This document shows positions 20,950 through 30,135 of a stretch of 64,000 nucleotides of DNA, one piece after another; positions within the stretch are counted from its first letter, which is position 1; each line of letters begins with the position of its first letter. This DNA is from an uncultured bacterium (lineage in GTDB: Bacteria > UBP4 > UBA4092): NCBI GenBank assembly GCA_964644695.1, contig CAZXWN010000006.1:196-64195 (forward strand), given 5' to 3'. A model generated the notes under the pieces. That model did not search any database and was not told where the DNA came from. It was given only the letters and a program-made list of their open reading frames with translations. Position numbers and translations under genes: made by a program.

Positions 20950-20966
20950 CCTAAACAAATAAAAAC

Positions 20967-21006
20967 AAAACCCTGTGAGATGTTATAAAGTCTCACAGGG
21001 TTTTTT
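20967..21006. terminator. Bidirectional intrinsic terminator
   Basis: aaaaccctgtgaga/tctcacagggtttt between convergent genes. Confidence 0.8.
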
Positions 21007-21020
21007 CTATGCCTGTTGTA

Positions 21021-21737
21021 TTATTTTTTCATGGATGCCTGAATGAAGGCCTTGAATAAAGCCAGATGCTCTTTTTTGTGGATCAAACATTCTGGATGCC
21101 ATTGGACACCCAACCTGAACTGTTTTTTATCCCCTTCAATTGATTCAACGACACCATCTTCCGCTTTTGCAGAAATTGTCAGCCCTGGAGCTGGTTCACA
21201 AACTGCTTGATGATGGAAGCTATTCACCACAATTTCATCAAGACCAACAATGGAGTGGAGCAGGGTTTCTTTCATAATTGCAACTTTATGGGTTGCTTTT
21301 GATCGTGCTTCTTTCTGGCTGTGGATGATAGGCTCTTGGATTTGGGAAGGAATGTCTTGTATGAGGGTTCCGCCCATAGCGAGGTTCAGTGTCTGTGAGC
21401 CAAGACAAATTCCCATAATGGATTTCCCCATATGAATTGCATTTCGTGCGATGGCCAATTCATATTGTTGCCGATGAACATGGAGCAATTCTGCTTTTTC
21501 ATGTTTTGGCTCACCAAATAATGCCGGGTCATGGTCATTCCCTCCGGTCAACAGCACCCCATCCACTCGCGAAAGGACTTCTTTCAGGTCAACATCATGG
21601 GCCGCGCCGGGGAGTATCAAGGGAATACCTCCTCCCGCAATAACTGCCTCGACATAAGAATTATTTAAATAATATCGTTCCCGACCGTCCTGACCTAAGT
21701 CGAAATCGGGAGTGATTCCAATTACCGGTTTAGTCAT
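21021..21737 (-). CDS. Gamma-glutamyl-gamma-aminobutyrate hydrolase family (peptidase C26)
   Basis: KPVIGIT, DGVLLTGG.D, GICLGSQ, VNSFHHQAV, VQWHPE; ATG 21737 behind AAGGAG. Confidence 0.9.
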   Translation of the reverse strand: MTKPVIGITPDFDLGQDGRERYYLNNSYVEAVIAGGGIPLILPGAAHDVDLKEVLSRVDGVLLTGGNDHDPALFGEPKHEKAELLHVHRQQYELAIARNAIHMGKSIMGICLGSQTLNLAMGGTLIQDIPSQIQEPIIHSQKEARSKATHKVAIMKETLLHSIVGLDEIVVNSFHHQAVCEPAPGLTISAKAEDGVVESIEGDKKQFRLGVQWHPECLIHKKEHLALFKAFIQASMKK

Positions 21738-21976
21738 TTCAATAATCTCCTTTATCGGAATACATTTTATCAAAATATTGATTTTAGTGAAGATATCCCC
21801 TTGAGCTTCTTTGGGGTGCCTGTTGTATCTATTTGAAGATTCAATCTATCTGCTCCGACTCTCTGGCTTAAAAATGCGTATCTATTTTACAAGAGGGCAA
21901 CTCATGGTAAACTTTTGAAAGGCCATTCCAAAAAAGGATGGAATAAATCATTTGGAATCTAATATAGGACAGGAAA

Positions 21977-22681
21977 ATGAAAAGTAAAAAACGCGAATCA
22001 GATTTCCAACGAGGTGTTGAACTCTTTTTACGAATTGCCCGTAAACGAATGACCGAATTACAGGCACAAAACATTACTGTCCGAGAGTTGATTGATAATG
22101 CCGTCGTTCGAGGTCGTCTCGAAAAAGATGATGCCATCACTCCAAGTTATTTGTCCCGGATTCTGGCCGGGAAGTTATGTCCTAAAACAGAAGAAACCTA
22201 CGACAAAATATCAGCCCTTCTGGACATTCCGACTTTATTTGATGTCCGTTCATTCCTCCTTCCTCATGACAAAAAGGTTACTTTTATCGGTAAAGGTGAG
22301 ACCGACCCACAAAATGGCGAATGGCTGGAAGTTCCCTTCGAAGGGATCATCTATCGAACCCCTAAGGCAAATATTATTGATTCACAAATGTGTCCCTTTA
22401 TCCTTGATTTAGAACCCGGTGAGAAAACCAAAAAAGGGAAATTTAAAACGGATAATGGTGAAGAAATAGCTGTTTTATTGACGGGTGAGGAATTTACATT
22501 AAAGTTTGAAGATGGGGAAGAGATTCCAGTCCGAAAAGGGGAGGCAGTACACTTCCTGGCAAGTCGGCCCCATTTTACAGAAAACACGGGAAAAGTCATG
22601 GCGCGTATTATGGTGATTCGGTCCGATCCATCTTTGTACCGGGTTATCTCAGATGCCTTCAGGCATGCTGCTCAGGTCTAA
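21977..22681 (+). CDS. XRE-like HTH plus cupin transcriptional regulator
   Basis: ITPSYLSRILAGKLCP helix; cupin LEPGEK..GEE..GEAVHFLASRPH. Confidence 0.75.
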   Translation: MKSKKRESDFQRGVELFLRIARKRMTELQAQNITVRELIDNAVVRGRLEKDDAITPSYLSRILAGKLCPKTEETYDKISALLDIPTLFDVRSFLLPHDKKVTFIGKGETDPQNGEWLEVPFEGIIYRTPKANIIDSQMCPFILDLEPGEKTKKGKFKTDNGEEIAVLLTGEEFTLKFEDGEEIPVRKGEAVHFLASRPHFTENTGKVMARIMVIRSDPSLYRVISDAFRHAAQV

Positions 22682-22699
22682 TCCAAAATCATAGTCAAT

Positions 22700-22748
22700 A
22701 AAAATCCGGTTCAATCCTGTGATGGAGAGAACCGGATTTGTTTTTTTA
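22700..22748. terminator. Bidirectional intrinsic terminator
   Basis: aaatccggtt/aaccggattt stem with A and T tracts between convergent genes. Confidence 0.7.
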
Positions 22749-22753
22749 TGAGA

Positions 22754-23779
22754 TTAGGCGTTGCCGGGAGCGAAGGCAGAACGAACTCTGATATCCGGCT
22801 GCTCAGGATACAACTTAAGGAAAGCGTCCACTATTTGTGGAGAAAACTGAGTTCCCTTATTGACTGTAATTTCATTGATTGCTTTTTCATGAGGCATTGC
22901 CCGCCGATAAGGCCGGTCAGAAGTCATGGCATCATAGGCATCCGCAATGCAGATGATTTGAGAACCTAGAGGAATCTCTTCACCCTTTAAGCCATCTGGA
23001 TAACCAGTGCCGTCATAATGTTCATGATGGTGACGGACAATGATTCTGGCCTCAGCCAGATAATTCACATTATTGAGGATGTCACTTCCCAGACTTGGAT
23101 GTCGGCAAATTGCGGCATATTCATCATCGGTCAGTCTTCCGGGCTTGTTCAGGATATGGTCTTCAATACCAATCTTGCCGATGTCATGAACCAGAGCCGC
23201 ATACCGAATAGCTTCCACACGGGCTTGCGGCAGGTCAAAACCATCTTCCCGTAGATATTCTGTTAAATCCAGTGAATACTTCATAACACGATCGGAATGA
23301 CCGAACGTATAACGGTCTTTAGCATCAATGGCGGCGGCAAGGGCTTTTACGGTCAAATAGTAGGCCTGGCGAAGCTCCCAGTTTAGCCTCCGATTTTCCT
23401 GTGTTTGATTCCTGACATGGATGGCACGATGCACACTATGTTTTAAAAGTTCGATATTGCAGGGTTTGATGAGATAATCACAGGCGCCGCGACGGACAGC
23501 TTCTATTGCTGAATCCAGACTGGCAAATCCCGTCATTAAAATAATAGGAGTATCGGCATATTGAGCCTTGATGTGGGTAATGAGATCCAGCCCTGAATCG
23601 GATCCAATACAAAGGTCTGTTAAGACTAAAGCAAATTCCCTGTCTTTCATTAACGACTTTGCATCGTCAAAGGTTTCTGCTGTTATACAGGCCAGCCCTT
23701 CCTCACGAAGAATAGCAGATAAACTGTCTCGGATAATCTGTTCATCATCCACAATGAGTATCTCATCTCTTCGATACAT
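22754..23779 (-). CDS. Response regulator with HD-GYP phosphodiesterase domain
   Basis: ILIVDDE receiver, HDIGK, HHEHYDGTGYP; ATG 23779 behind AGGAG. Confidence 0.92.
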   Translation of the reverse strand: MYRRDEILIVDDEQIIRDSLSAILREEGLACITAETFDDAKSLMKDREFALVLTDLCIGSDSGLDLITHIKAQYADTPIILMTGFASLDSAIEAVRRGACDYLIKPCNIELLKHSVHRAIHVRNQTQENRRLNWELRQAYYLTVKALAAAIDAKDRYTFGHSDRVMKYSLDLTEYLREDGFDLPQARVEAIRYAALVHDIGKIGIEDHILNKPGRLTDDEYAAICRHPSLGSDILNNVNYLAEARIIVRHHHEHYDGTGYPDGLKGEEIPLGSQIICIADAYDAMTSDRPYRRAMPHEKAINEITVNKGTQFSPQIVDAFLKLYPEQPDIRVRSAFAPGNA

Positions 23780-24983
23780 CTGGTTCTCCTTCTCCACTTC
23801 TCTGACGGTGAACAGGCAGTGACAAAGTAAACCGAGTCCCGCCTTCTGGCGAGGTATCCAGATTTATCTGTCCCTTATGTGATTTTACTATTTGTTTGAC
23901 AATCGTCAAGCCTAAACCGGTTCCTTTTTCTTTTGTGGTAAAAAAAGGTTTGAATATTTTAGAGCGAATCTCTCGTGGAATTCCAGGTCCACTATCATCT
24001 ACATGAATGAAAATTTGGTTCTGATTTCCTGGATCTATCTCTCCACGGATAACAATGGAACCGCCATTGGGCATGGCTTGGAGCGCATTTAACATTAAAT
24101 TAAGGAAGGCGGATTGCAGTTGCCCGGAAACACCCTCAATACAGGGGAATGCGGAGGGGAATTCATAGTCCAGTTTGAGTGTTTTGCCATCCAGTCTATT
24201 TTCCATTAGTGGAGCAAGTTCTCTCACCATCTGCTCAATATTGATTGATTCTGTCGGCAGTTCCTCAGGGTGATAGAGTCCGGCTAATTGATTGATCATT
24301 TCACCGGCTTTTTTGAGTTCATCGTCCAATACCTGGATGTATTGCTGATTAGGGTGCTCTGCGGGAGTATTGTTTTTTAACAGGTGGATATAATTTTTTA
24401 AACCTTCCAGTCTGTTATTGAGTTCATGGGAAATGGACGCGGCCAAAAGTTCAGTCTGACCTACATTATCCTGTCCCGGGAATAAAGATGTTCCCTGAAC
24501 ACTTGCCTTTTGAAATGTACTTTCTAATGCCAGAACACAGTATTGGCACCATTGCTGAAGCTGATTGATTTCATCACTGAGAAATTCCGGAGTGGCTCGA
24601 AATAAAAATATCATGAGACCCCATTGTCCGGTCTTTCCCCACAGGGGAAATGTCAGGGCACTCCGGAATCCGTATTGGAGAGCGACTTCTCGGTCATGGG
24701 CTGTACTGGGTTCTTCAACAGCATAGGCGTCTGGCATGATGATGACTTGAGCATTCTTCCCCATGGCGCCGCAGGCATGAGTTTTCTCAGGTTGATAAAA
24801 ACGAATCAGGGTATCCGTCGTACCTGTGGAGGAAATACATTGAATGGATTTGTTATCCTGAAAACGATATAACAATACCGTATCCGCTTGTGATATTTCT
24901 TTAGACAATAGGGGAATAACCCGTAATATACGGTCCTGTTCCATGTTTGCCAGGAGCCCGGCAATGGCAGAATTTAAGTTCAT
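23763..24983 (-). CDS. GAF-domain sensor histidine kinase
   Basis: GAF-like N-terminus, ISHELNN H-box, NALQAM, DDSGPGI, FFTTK..GTGLGL. Confidence 0.92.
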   Translation of the reverse strand: MNLNSAIAGLLANMEQDRILRVIPLLSKEISQADTVLLYRFQDNKSIQCISSTGTTDTLIRFYQPEKTHACGAMGKNAQVIIMPDAYAVEEPSTAHDREVALQYGFRSALTFPLWGKTGQWGLMIFLFRATPEFLSDEINQLQQWCQYCVLALESTFQKASVQGTSLFPGQDNVGQTELLAASISHELNNRLEGLKNYIHLLKNNTPAEHPNQQYIQVLDDELKKAGEMINQLAGLYHPEELPTESINIEQMVRELAPLMENRLDGKTLKLDYEFPSAFPCIEGVSGQLQSAFLNLMLNALQAMPNGGSIVIRGEIDPGNQNQIFIHVDDSGPGIPREIRSKIFKPFFTTKEKGTGLGLTIVKQIVKSHKGQINLDTSPEGGTRFTLSLPVHRQRSGEGEPDVSKR

Positions 24984-25218
24984 TCCCTGTTAATCTCCCC
25001 TTGGTAAATTCGAACCAAGGACTTATTACCCTGATGCAATATATTTTATTGTATTTTCCGAGTATGTCAATTGAAATAGTACCGGAAATTAAGAATGGGT
25101 CAAAATGATTATTTATATGTTTTCAGGATTTTGGTGAAAAATGAGTTTGTTTTGTAAAACAATTCGGTTCAATCTAAAATAGTGTGATGTTTATAGTTGC
25201 TGACAAGGAGTATGTTGT

Positions 25219-26280
25219 ATGAATTATTTACCGTTATTGGGAATGAACAGTTTGGCATTATTAAGTCAGGCCGAGAGCCGATCCTGCTCTCCGGAAAATC
25301 CGACCGGTGAACGTGGCAAGGGTGCAATGGCGATTCCGGGGCCGGAATATCCGTCCTCTGGTGCCTCATCAGAATTAGGGCAGGGGTGGAAAGTCCGTCC
25401 TTATCTGAATCTGGAACCGGGTGAGACTGTTGTATTGGCTGACATTGAAGGGCCCGGACAAATCACTCACATTTGGATGACTCTGACCGATAAGGTGTAT
25501 CGTCATTACATTTTGCGGATGTACTGGGATGGGGAAGAAACTCCTTCCGTAGAATGTCCGGTGGGAGATTTTTTCTGTAATGGACATGGTCTTCGCTACA
25601 ATGTGAATTCTTTTGTGGTGTGTGTGAATCCCTCCGGTGGATTTAATTGTTACTGGCCGATGCCATTCCGGAAATCCTGCAAAATTACCATGGAAAATCA
25701 GTATTGGGAAAAGATTGATGGATTATATTATGAGATATCTTACAGTCTTCAGGATATCACCATGGACACTGGTTATTTTCATGCACAGTTCCGGAAAGGA
25801 TTGACGACTCGAGAATATCCTGAACATGTCATTCTGGATGGCGTCAAAGGACTGGGCCATTATGTCGGGACTTTCCTGGCCTGGGCGCAGATGTCCAATG
25901 GGTGGTGGGGTGAAGGTGAAATCAAGTTTTTCCTTGATGGGGACAAACAATTCCCGACCATCTGTGGTACAGGGACCGAAGATTATTTCGGGGGTGCATG
26001 GAGCTTTGGTGAAACCTATTCGACGCCCTTTCTGGGATATCCCCTGTGGAGAAAAGAACCCGGTGAAGTTCCGCGGCATGCTCTGTATCGGTGGCATGTT
26101 TTGGACCCTGTCCGGTTTAAAGAAGAGTTGAAAGTTACGATTCAGGCCCTCGGATGGTATCCCAATGGTAAATTCCAGCCGTTGACTGATGATATCGCCT
26201 CTGTGGCATACTGGTATCAATCTGAACCGCATGCGGCATTTCCGATACTTCCTGACCGAACTGAACGGTTCAGTCGTTAA
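25219..26280 (+). CDS. DUF2961 / glycoside hydrolase family 172, no signal peptide
   Basis: SRSCSPENPTGERG, GPGQITHIW, WWGEGE, GTGTEDYF. Confidence 0.9.
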   Translation: MNYLPLLGMNSLALLSQAESRSCSPENPTGERGKGAMAIPGPEYPSSGASSELGQGWKVRPYLNLEPGETVVLADIEGPGQITHIWMTLTDKVYRHYILRMYWDGEETPSVECPVGDFFCNGHGLRYNVNSFVVCVNPSGGFNCYWPMPFRKSCKITMENQYWEKIDGLYYEISYSLQDITMDTGYFHAQFRKGLTTREYPEHVILDGVKGLGHYVGTFLAWAQMSNGWWGEGEIKFFLDGDKQFPTICGTGTEDYFGGAWSFGETYSTPFLGYPLWRKEPGEVPRHALYRWHVLDPVRFKEELKVTIQALGWYPNGKFQPLTDDIASVAYWYQSEPHAAFPILPDRTERFSR

Positions 26281-26300
26281 ACATTCAGGCAAACAATTCA

Positions 26301-26344
26301 AAACACCTGGGAAAAAGGGTTCTCCTTCTCCCAGGTGTTTTTTT
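26301..26344 (+). terminator. Intrinsic terminator
   Basis: aaacacctggga/tcccaggtgttt plus U-tract. Confidence 0.75.
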
Positions 26345-26418
26345 ATTATCGGGTCTTCACAAACAGAACCCTGATGATATTATGAATGAAATGAGTAAAG
26401 GAAAAGAAAGGGTTTCTT

Positions 26419-27558
26419 TTGGACTTTAAAAAGATAATATTGATTGTAAGTGGTTTATGTCTGATAGGTGTAGCGCTTTATGGGCTTTCCTACAACGCAC
26501 ACCGGTCGCATGTAGTCTCTTTTCCTGGAATAAACAGTCTGGCCATCCTGAGTGATGCGGAGAGCCGATCTATTACTCCTGAAAATCCAACGGGTGAAAA
26601 AGGTAAAGGGGCAATGGCTGTTCCCGGCTCAAATATACCGTCATCATTTCCAGCTCGCGATTTGGGGCAGGGTTGGAAGGTTCGTCCATATATTAATTTG
26701 GAACCGGGGGAGACTGTTGTCCTGGCTGATATGAAAGGACCGGGGCAAATCGACCACATCTGGCTCACTGTAACAGAAAAGGTCTATCGTCAGGCCATTC
26801 TCCGAATATATTGGGATGGAGAAAAAACTCCCTCCGTGGAATCCCCTGTGGGAGATTTCTTTTGTAACGGACATGGGCTTCGGTATAAGGTAAATTCACT
26901 GATGGTTTGTGTGAACCCTTCCGGTGGATTTAATTGTTATTGGCCGATGCCTTTCCGGAAATCCTGCAAGATTACTCTTGAAAATCGATATCCCGGAAAA
27001 GTGGTTGGATTGTTTTATCAAATTTCCTATAGTCTGGGTCAAATCCCGAAAAATTCTGGTTATTTCCATGCTCAATTCCGAAAAGGATTGACCACTCAGA
27101 AATATCCGGAGCATATTATTCTGGAAGGGGTCAAAGGCCGAGGCCAATATGTCGGGACCTTTCTTTCATGGTCTCAGAGGACCTCTGGCTGGTGGGGTGA
27201 GGGGGAAGTAAAGTTTTATTTCGATGGGGATAACCGATTCCCGACGATTTGTGGGACAGGGATGGAAGATTATTTTGGGGGCGCATGGTGTTTTGGAGAA
27301 GAATATTCATCACCCTATTCAGGATATCCTTTGTTTGACAAGAAAACAGGCAAACTACCCCGACATGCCATGTATCGATGGCATATAACCGACCCTGTTC
27401 GGTTTAAGCAAGACTTAAAAGTGACCGTTCAGGCGTTAGGATGGGATTCCACTCAGTCTAAATACCAACCGCTGGAAGATGATGTGGCTTCGGTGGCCTA
27501 CTGGTATCAAACGGAACCCCATACACCCTTCCCCAGTTTTCCTTCTAATCTGGAATAA
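26419..27558 (+). CDS. DUF2961 / glycoside hydrolase family 172 with N-terminal signal/TM
   Basis: MDFKKIILIVSGLCLIGVALYG then same family motifs (WWGEGE, GTGMEDYF); TTG start. Confidence 0.88.
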   Translation: MDFKKIILIVSGLCLIGVALYGLSYNAHRSHVVSFPGINSLAILSDAESRSITPENPTGEKGKGAMAVPGSNIPSSFPARDLGQGWKVRPYINLEPGETVVLADMKGPGQIDHIWLTVTEKVYRQAILRIYWDGEKTPSVESPVGDFFCNGHGLRYKVNSLMVCVNPSGGFNCYWPMPFRKSCKITLENRYPGKVVGLFYQISYSLGQIPKNSGYFHAQFRKGLTTQKYPEHIILEGVKGRGQYVGTFLSWSQRTSGWWGEGEVKFYFDGDNRFPTICGTGMEDYFGGAWCFGEEYSSPYSGYPLFDKKTGKLPRHAMYRWHITDPVRFKQDLKVTVQALGWDSTQSKYQPLEDDVASVAYWYQTEPHTPFPSFPSNLE

Positions 27559-27600
27559 ATACACCCGGGAATCGGAATTGTCTGATTCTCGGGTGTATTT
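27557..27600. terminator. Bidirectional intrinsic terminator
   Basis: aaatacacccgggaatc/gattctcgggtgtattt between convergent genes. Confidence 0.75.
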
Positions 27601-27611
27601 ATGTGTTTCTA

Positions 27612-28391
27612 TTAAATGGGTAATTTAATGAGTGAATCAGATTTCAGGAGTACGGTCAGTTCATCCAGTCGGATTCCTTCCTGCCCTTTCAAATAACCTG
27701 AAGGGTCATGACCGGGAGTGACTTTGATTTCCAGTTCATAAGGTCCCTTGATTCGACAGGGGGGAATGGTCCCAATTTTCATAACGGCATCTGTAGCCTT
27801 TTCACGAATAAGTTTACAGGATTTAGCTGAGGACAGGGAGAGGGCCAGTTCCAACCCTAATCCTTTCTTGGTCGCAGCTCCTACAATATCGGGAATCAAC
27901 GCTTTTGCTTCAGCAATAGTCTTATCATCCCCAGAAACAAAGACGGACGGAACATCCAGTTCGCCGGCCATGGCGGCTCGACATCCCAGTTCTCCGATAG
28001 GTTTCCCGTTGAGCTTGAAATATTCAATAGATAATGAGGAGTAGGTGTGGGCCAGATTACCTTGAGGAGTTCCGGCCATTGCATGTTGGCCGACAAAAAA
28101 CAGGGCATCGACTGATTTATCAATGTAATAGGGAGGGTCTATGGGGCCGCGGGCAATAAACTTGCACTCAGGATGTAATCGAGTAATATCAACTCCACCC
28201 GAACCGTGTCCATCCCAGACTATTATCTCGGCATCAGCATCCACTTCCCGGATACCGTCAATACAGGCGTTGATTTCATCCGTCAGAAACCGCATGGCGA
28301 TGGCTTTTGCCTCTGGGGTAGGATTTCGTGTCTGATTGAATCGGGTGACCATTGCCGCACCTTCTAAATCTGTCATGATAAATATTCGCAT
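27612..28391 (-). CDS. M55 family D-aminopeptidase (DppA-like)
   Basis: IFIMTDLEG, WDGHG, VGQHAMAG, LAHT, VSGDD. Confidence 0.9.
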   Translation of the reverse strand: MRIFIMTDLEGAAMVTRFNQTRNPTPEAKAIAMRFLTDEINACIDGIREVDADAEIIVWDGHGSGGVDITRLHPECKFIARGPIDPPYYIDKSVDALFFVGQHAMAGTPQGNLAHTYSSLSIEYFKLNGKPIGELGCRAAMAGELDVPSVFVSGDDKTIAEAKALIPDIVGAATKKGLGLELALSLSSAKSCKLIREKATDAVMKIGTIPPCRIKGPYELEIKVTPGHDPSGYLKGQEGIRLDELTVLLKSDSLIKLPI

Positions 28392-28500
28392 TAAAGGGAT
28401 ACCCTCCTATTTGAATTAGTTTCATGTCACCCATTTTCAGAAACTGGGTTCCAATGATATTATGATACCCATCATCCTCAATAAGAAGGAGAATTATTTT

Positions 28501-29955
28501 ATGAAACTAAAAGGGTTGTTGGCTGTCGGAGCGATTTGCCTGATGACAGCAGGATGGAGTGCTCCTGTGAATGAAGTATGGACTCGTATTGTGGCGTTGA
28601 AGGATGCGGGTGAATTTTCCCAGTGTTCGGCTTATGTGAATGAGGTGATGGCCTCGCCTGCCTACAAGAATTATCCAAAACCGGAACAGGACCGGATTGT
28701 CTTCCAGATTGATTTATTAAATCGGATTAAACGAGACTTTCGTTTAGATGAGCAGATGATGTGGGACCAGTTAACGGCAGTTATGCCGGATTTATCCAAG
28801 ATTGAGTTTGAAGGTCTGGTCAATTCCAGGATGTTGGATTGGAAATTGATTGATGGTCAGAAACGATTCTTTTCTTCATCCAGAGCCAACCTGTTTATCC
28901 GTTATCCTGATTGGGCAAAACGGGCGAATAAGTATGATTCAGAAGATGGCGAAATTCTGAAATGGAGTTATTACCTGAAGGCACGGGATGAGCACGATAA
29001 GACAGGGAAATCTTATGTGGCTCCCCAAAAATATAAAATGACGATGACCCTGACGGTGAAGCCGGATGAAGCGCCTGATGGTGCGGTTGTGAAGTGCTGG
29101 ATGCCTTTTCCCCGGGAAGTGGCGCATCAATCCGATATCAAATTCCTCTCATCTAATGTCCCCCTCATAAAATTATCCGATGGGAAAGCCTGGCAGAGAA
29201 CGGCTTGTTTTGAACGGCAGGCGGTAGCAGGACAGACGACTGAGTTCCAGATGTCCTATGAATTTACGGCATGGGGCAGATACAATCCCATGAGTCCCGA
29301 CAAGGTAAAACCCTACAAAAAAGATTCTGAATATTCCAAATGGACTCAGGAAAAATATCCTCATGTTTATTTCTCGCCGCTGGTTAAAGAAATCAGTCCA
29401 TCCATTGTGGGGCAGGAGACCAATCCTCTTAAGAAAGCTCAGTTGATTTATAACTGGATTGCCAAAAACACTAAATACAGTTATGCCCACGAATACTCCA
29501 CCATGCCGAATATTACGGATTTTGTATTGACGCGGCGATATGGTGATTGTGGTCAACATGGTATGACATTCATTACTTTGTGCCGATATAACGGGATTCC
29601 GGCTCGGTGGCAGAGTGGATGGAGTTTGAAGCCTAATCAGGAGAATTTGCATGATTGGGCGGAATATTATGTGGAGCCCTATGGTTGGATTCCCTGTGAT
29701 CCGGATGCCGGGGTATGGATTGCTCACAGCCAGTATTTGTCGGAAGAACAGAAAGACATCCTGTTGAATTTCTATTTCCAGGGTGTGGACCATTACCGAC
29801 TGACCTGTAATAATGACCATGGTGTTGATTTTGACCCGGTCAAAAAGTCTCATCGGTCGGACGATGTAGATTCTCAGCGAGGTGAGATAGAAGTCAATGG
29901 TCAGAACCTGTATTATCCGCAATGGGGATATAACATGTTAGTGGAGCGCTTATAA
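28501..29955 (+). CDS. Secreted transglutaminase-like domain protein
   Basis: Signal peptide MKLKGLLAVGAICLMTAGWSA; Cys-His-Asp triad GDCGQ, HDWAE, WIPCDP. Confidence 0.88.
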   Translation: MKLKGLLAVGAICLMTAGWSAPVNEVWTRIVALKDAGEFSQCSAYVNEVMASPAYKNYPKPEQDRIVFQIDLLNRIKRDFRLDEQMMWDQLTAVMPDLSKIEFEGLVNSRMLDWKLIDGQKRFFSSSRANLFIRYPDWAKRANKYDSEDGEILKWSYYLKARDEHDKTGKSYVAPQKYKMTMTLTVKPDEAPDGAVVKCWMPFPREVAHQSDIKFLSSNVPLIKLSDGKAWQRTACFERQAVAGQTTEFQMSYEFTAWGRYNPMSPDKVKPYKKDSEYSKWTQEKYPHVYFSPLVKEISPSIVGQETNPLKKAQLIYNWIAKNTKYSYAHEYSTMPNITDFVLTRRYGDCGQHGMTFITLCRYNGIPARWQSGWSLKPNQENLHDWAEYYVEPYGWIPCDPDAGVWIAHSQYLSEEQKDILLNFYFQGVDHYRLTCNNDHGVDFDPVKKSHRSDDVDSQRGEIEVNGQNLYYPQWGYNMLVERL

Positions 29956-30016
29956 TCTAAATTAGATAAACTCTGACCGTGAAACGGTGGGGCGGTTAGC
30001 TCTTAAAAATACAAAC

Positions 30017-30050
30017 GAAGGAGCATGAGAAATCATGTTCCTTTTTTATT
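30017..30050 (+). terminator. Intrinsic terminator
   Basis: aaggagcatga/tcatgttcctt plus U-tract. Confidence 0.7.
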
Positions 30051-30135
30051 TAATACAGAGTGGGTGGGGAAAGTTTATAATAAGGATAGAGGGTTGAATG
30101 AAACGCCCGGCTTGACTGAAAGGAAATAAATCCTC

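Noticed and set aside
23763-23797. Possible frameshifted hybrid kinase (HK-REC-HD-GYP)
   Set aside because: The regulator has its own AGGAG RBS and ATG at 23779, and no slippery site is seen; ordinary overlap.
25723-26301. 192-aa antisense ORF and the many other short overlapping ORFs in the track
   Set aside because: They lie opposite or within well-supported genes and have no recognisable motifs.
29173-29922. 249-aa antisense ORF
   Set aside because: Shadow of the transglutaminase-like gene; no RBS or motifs.
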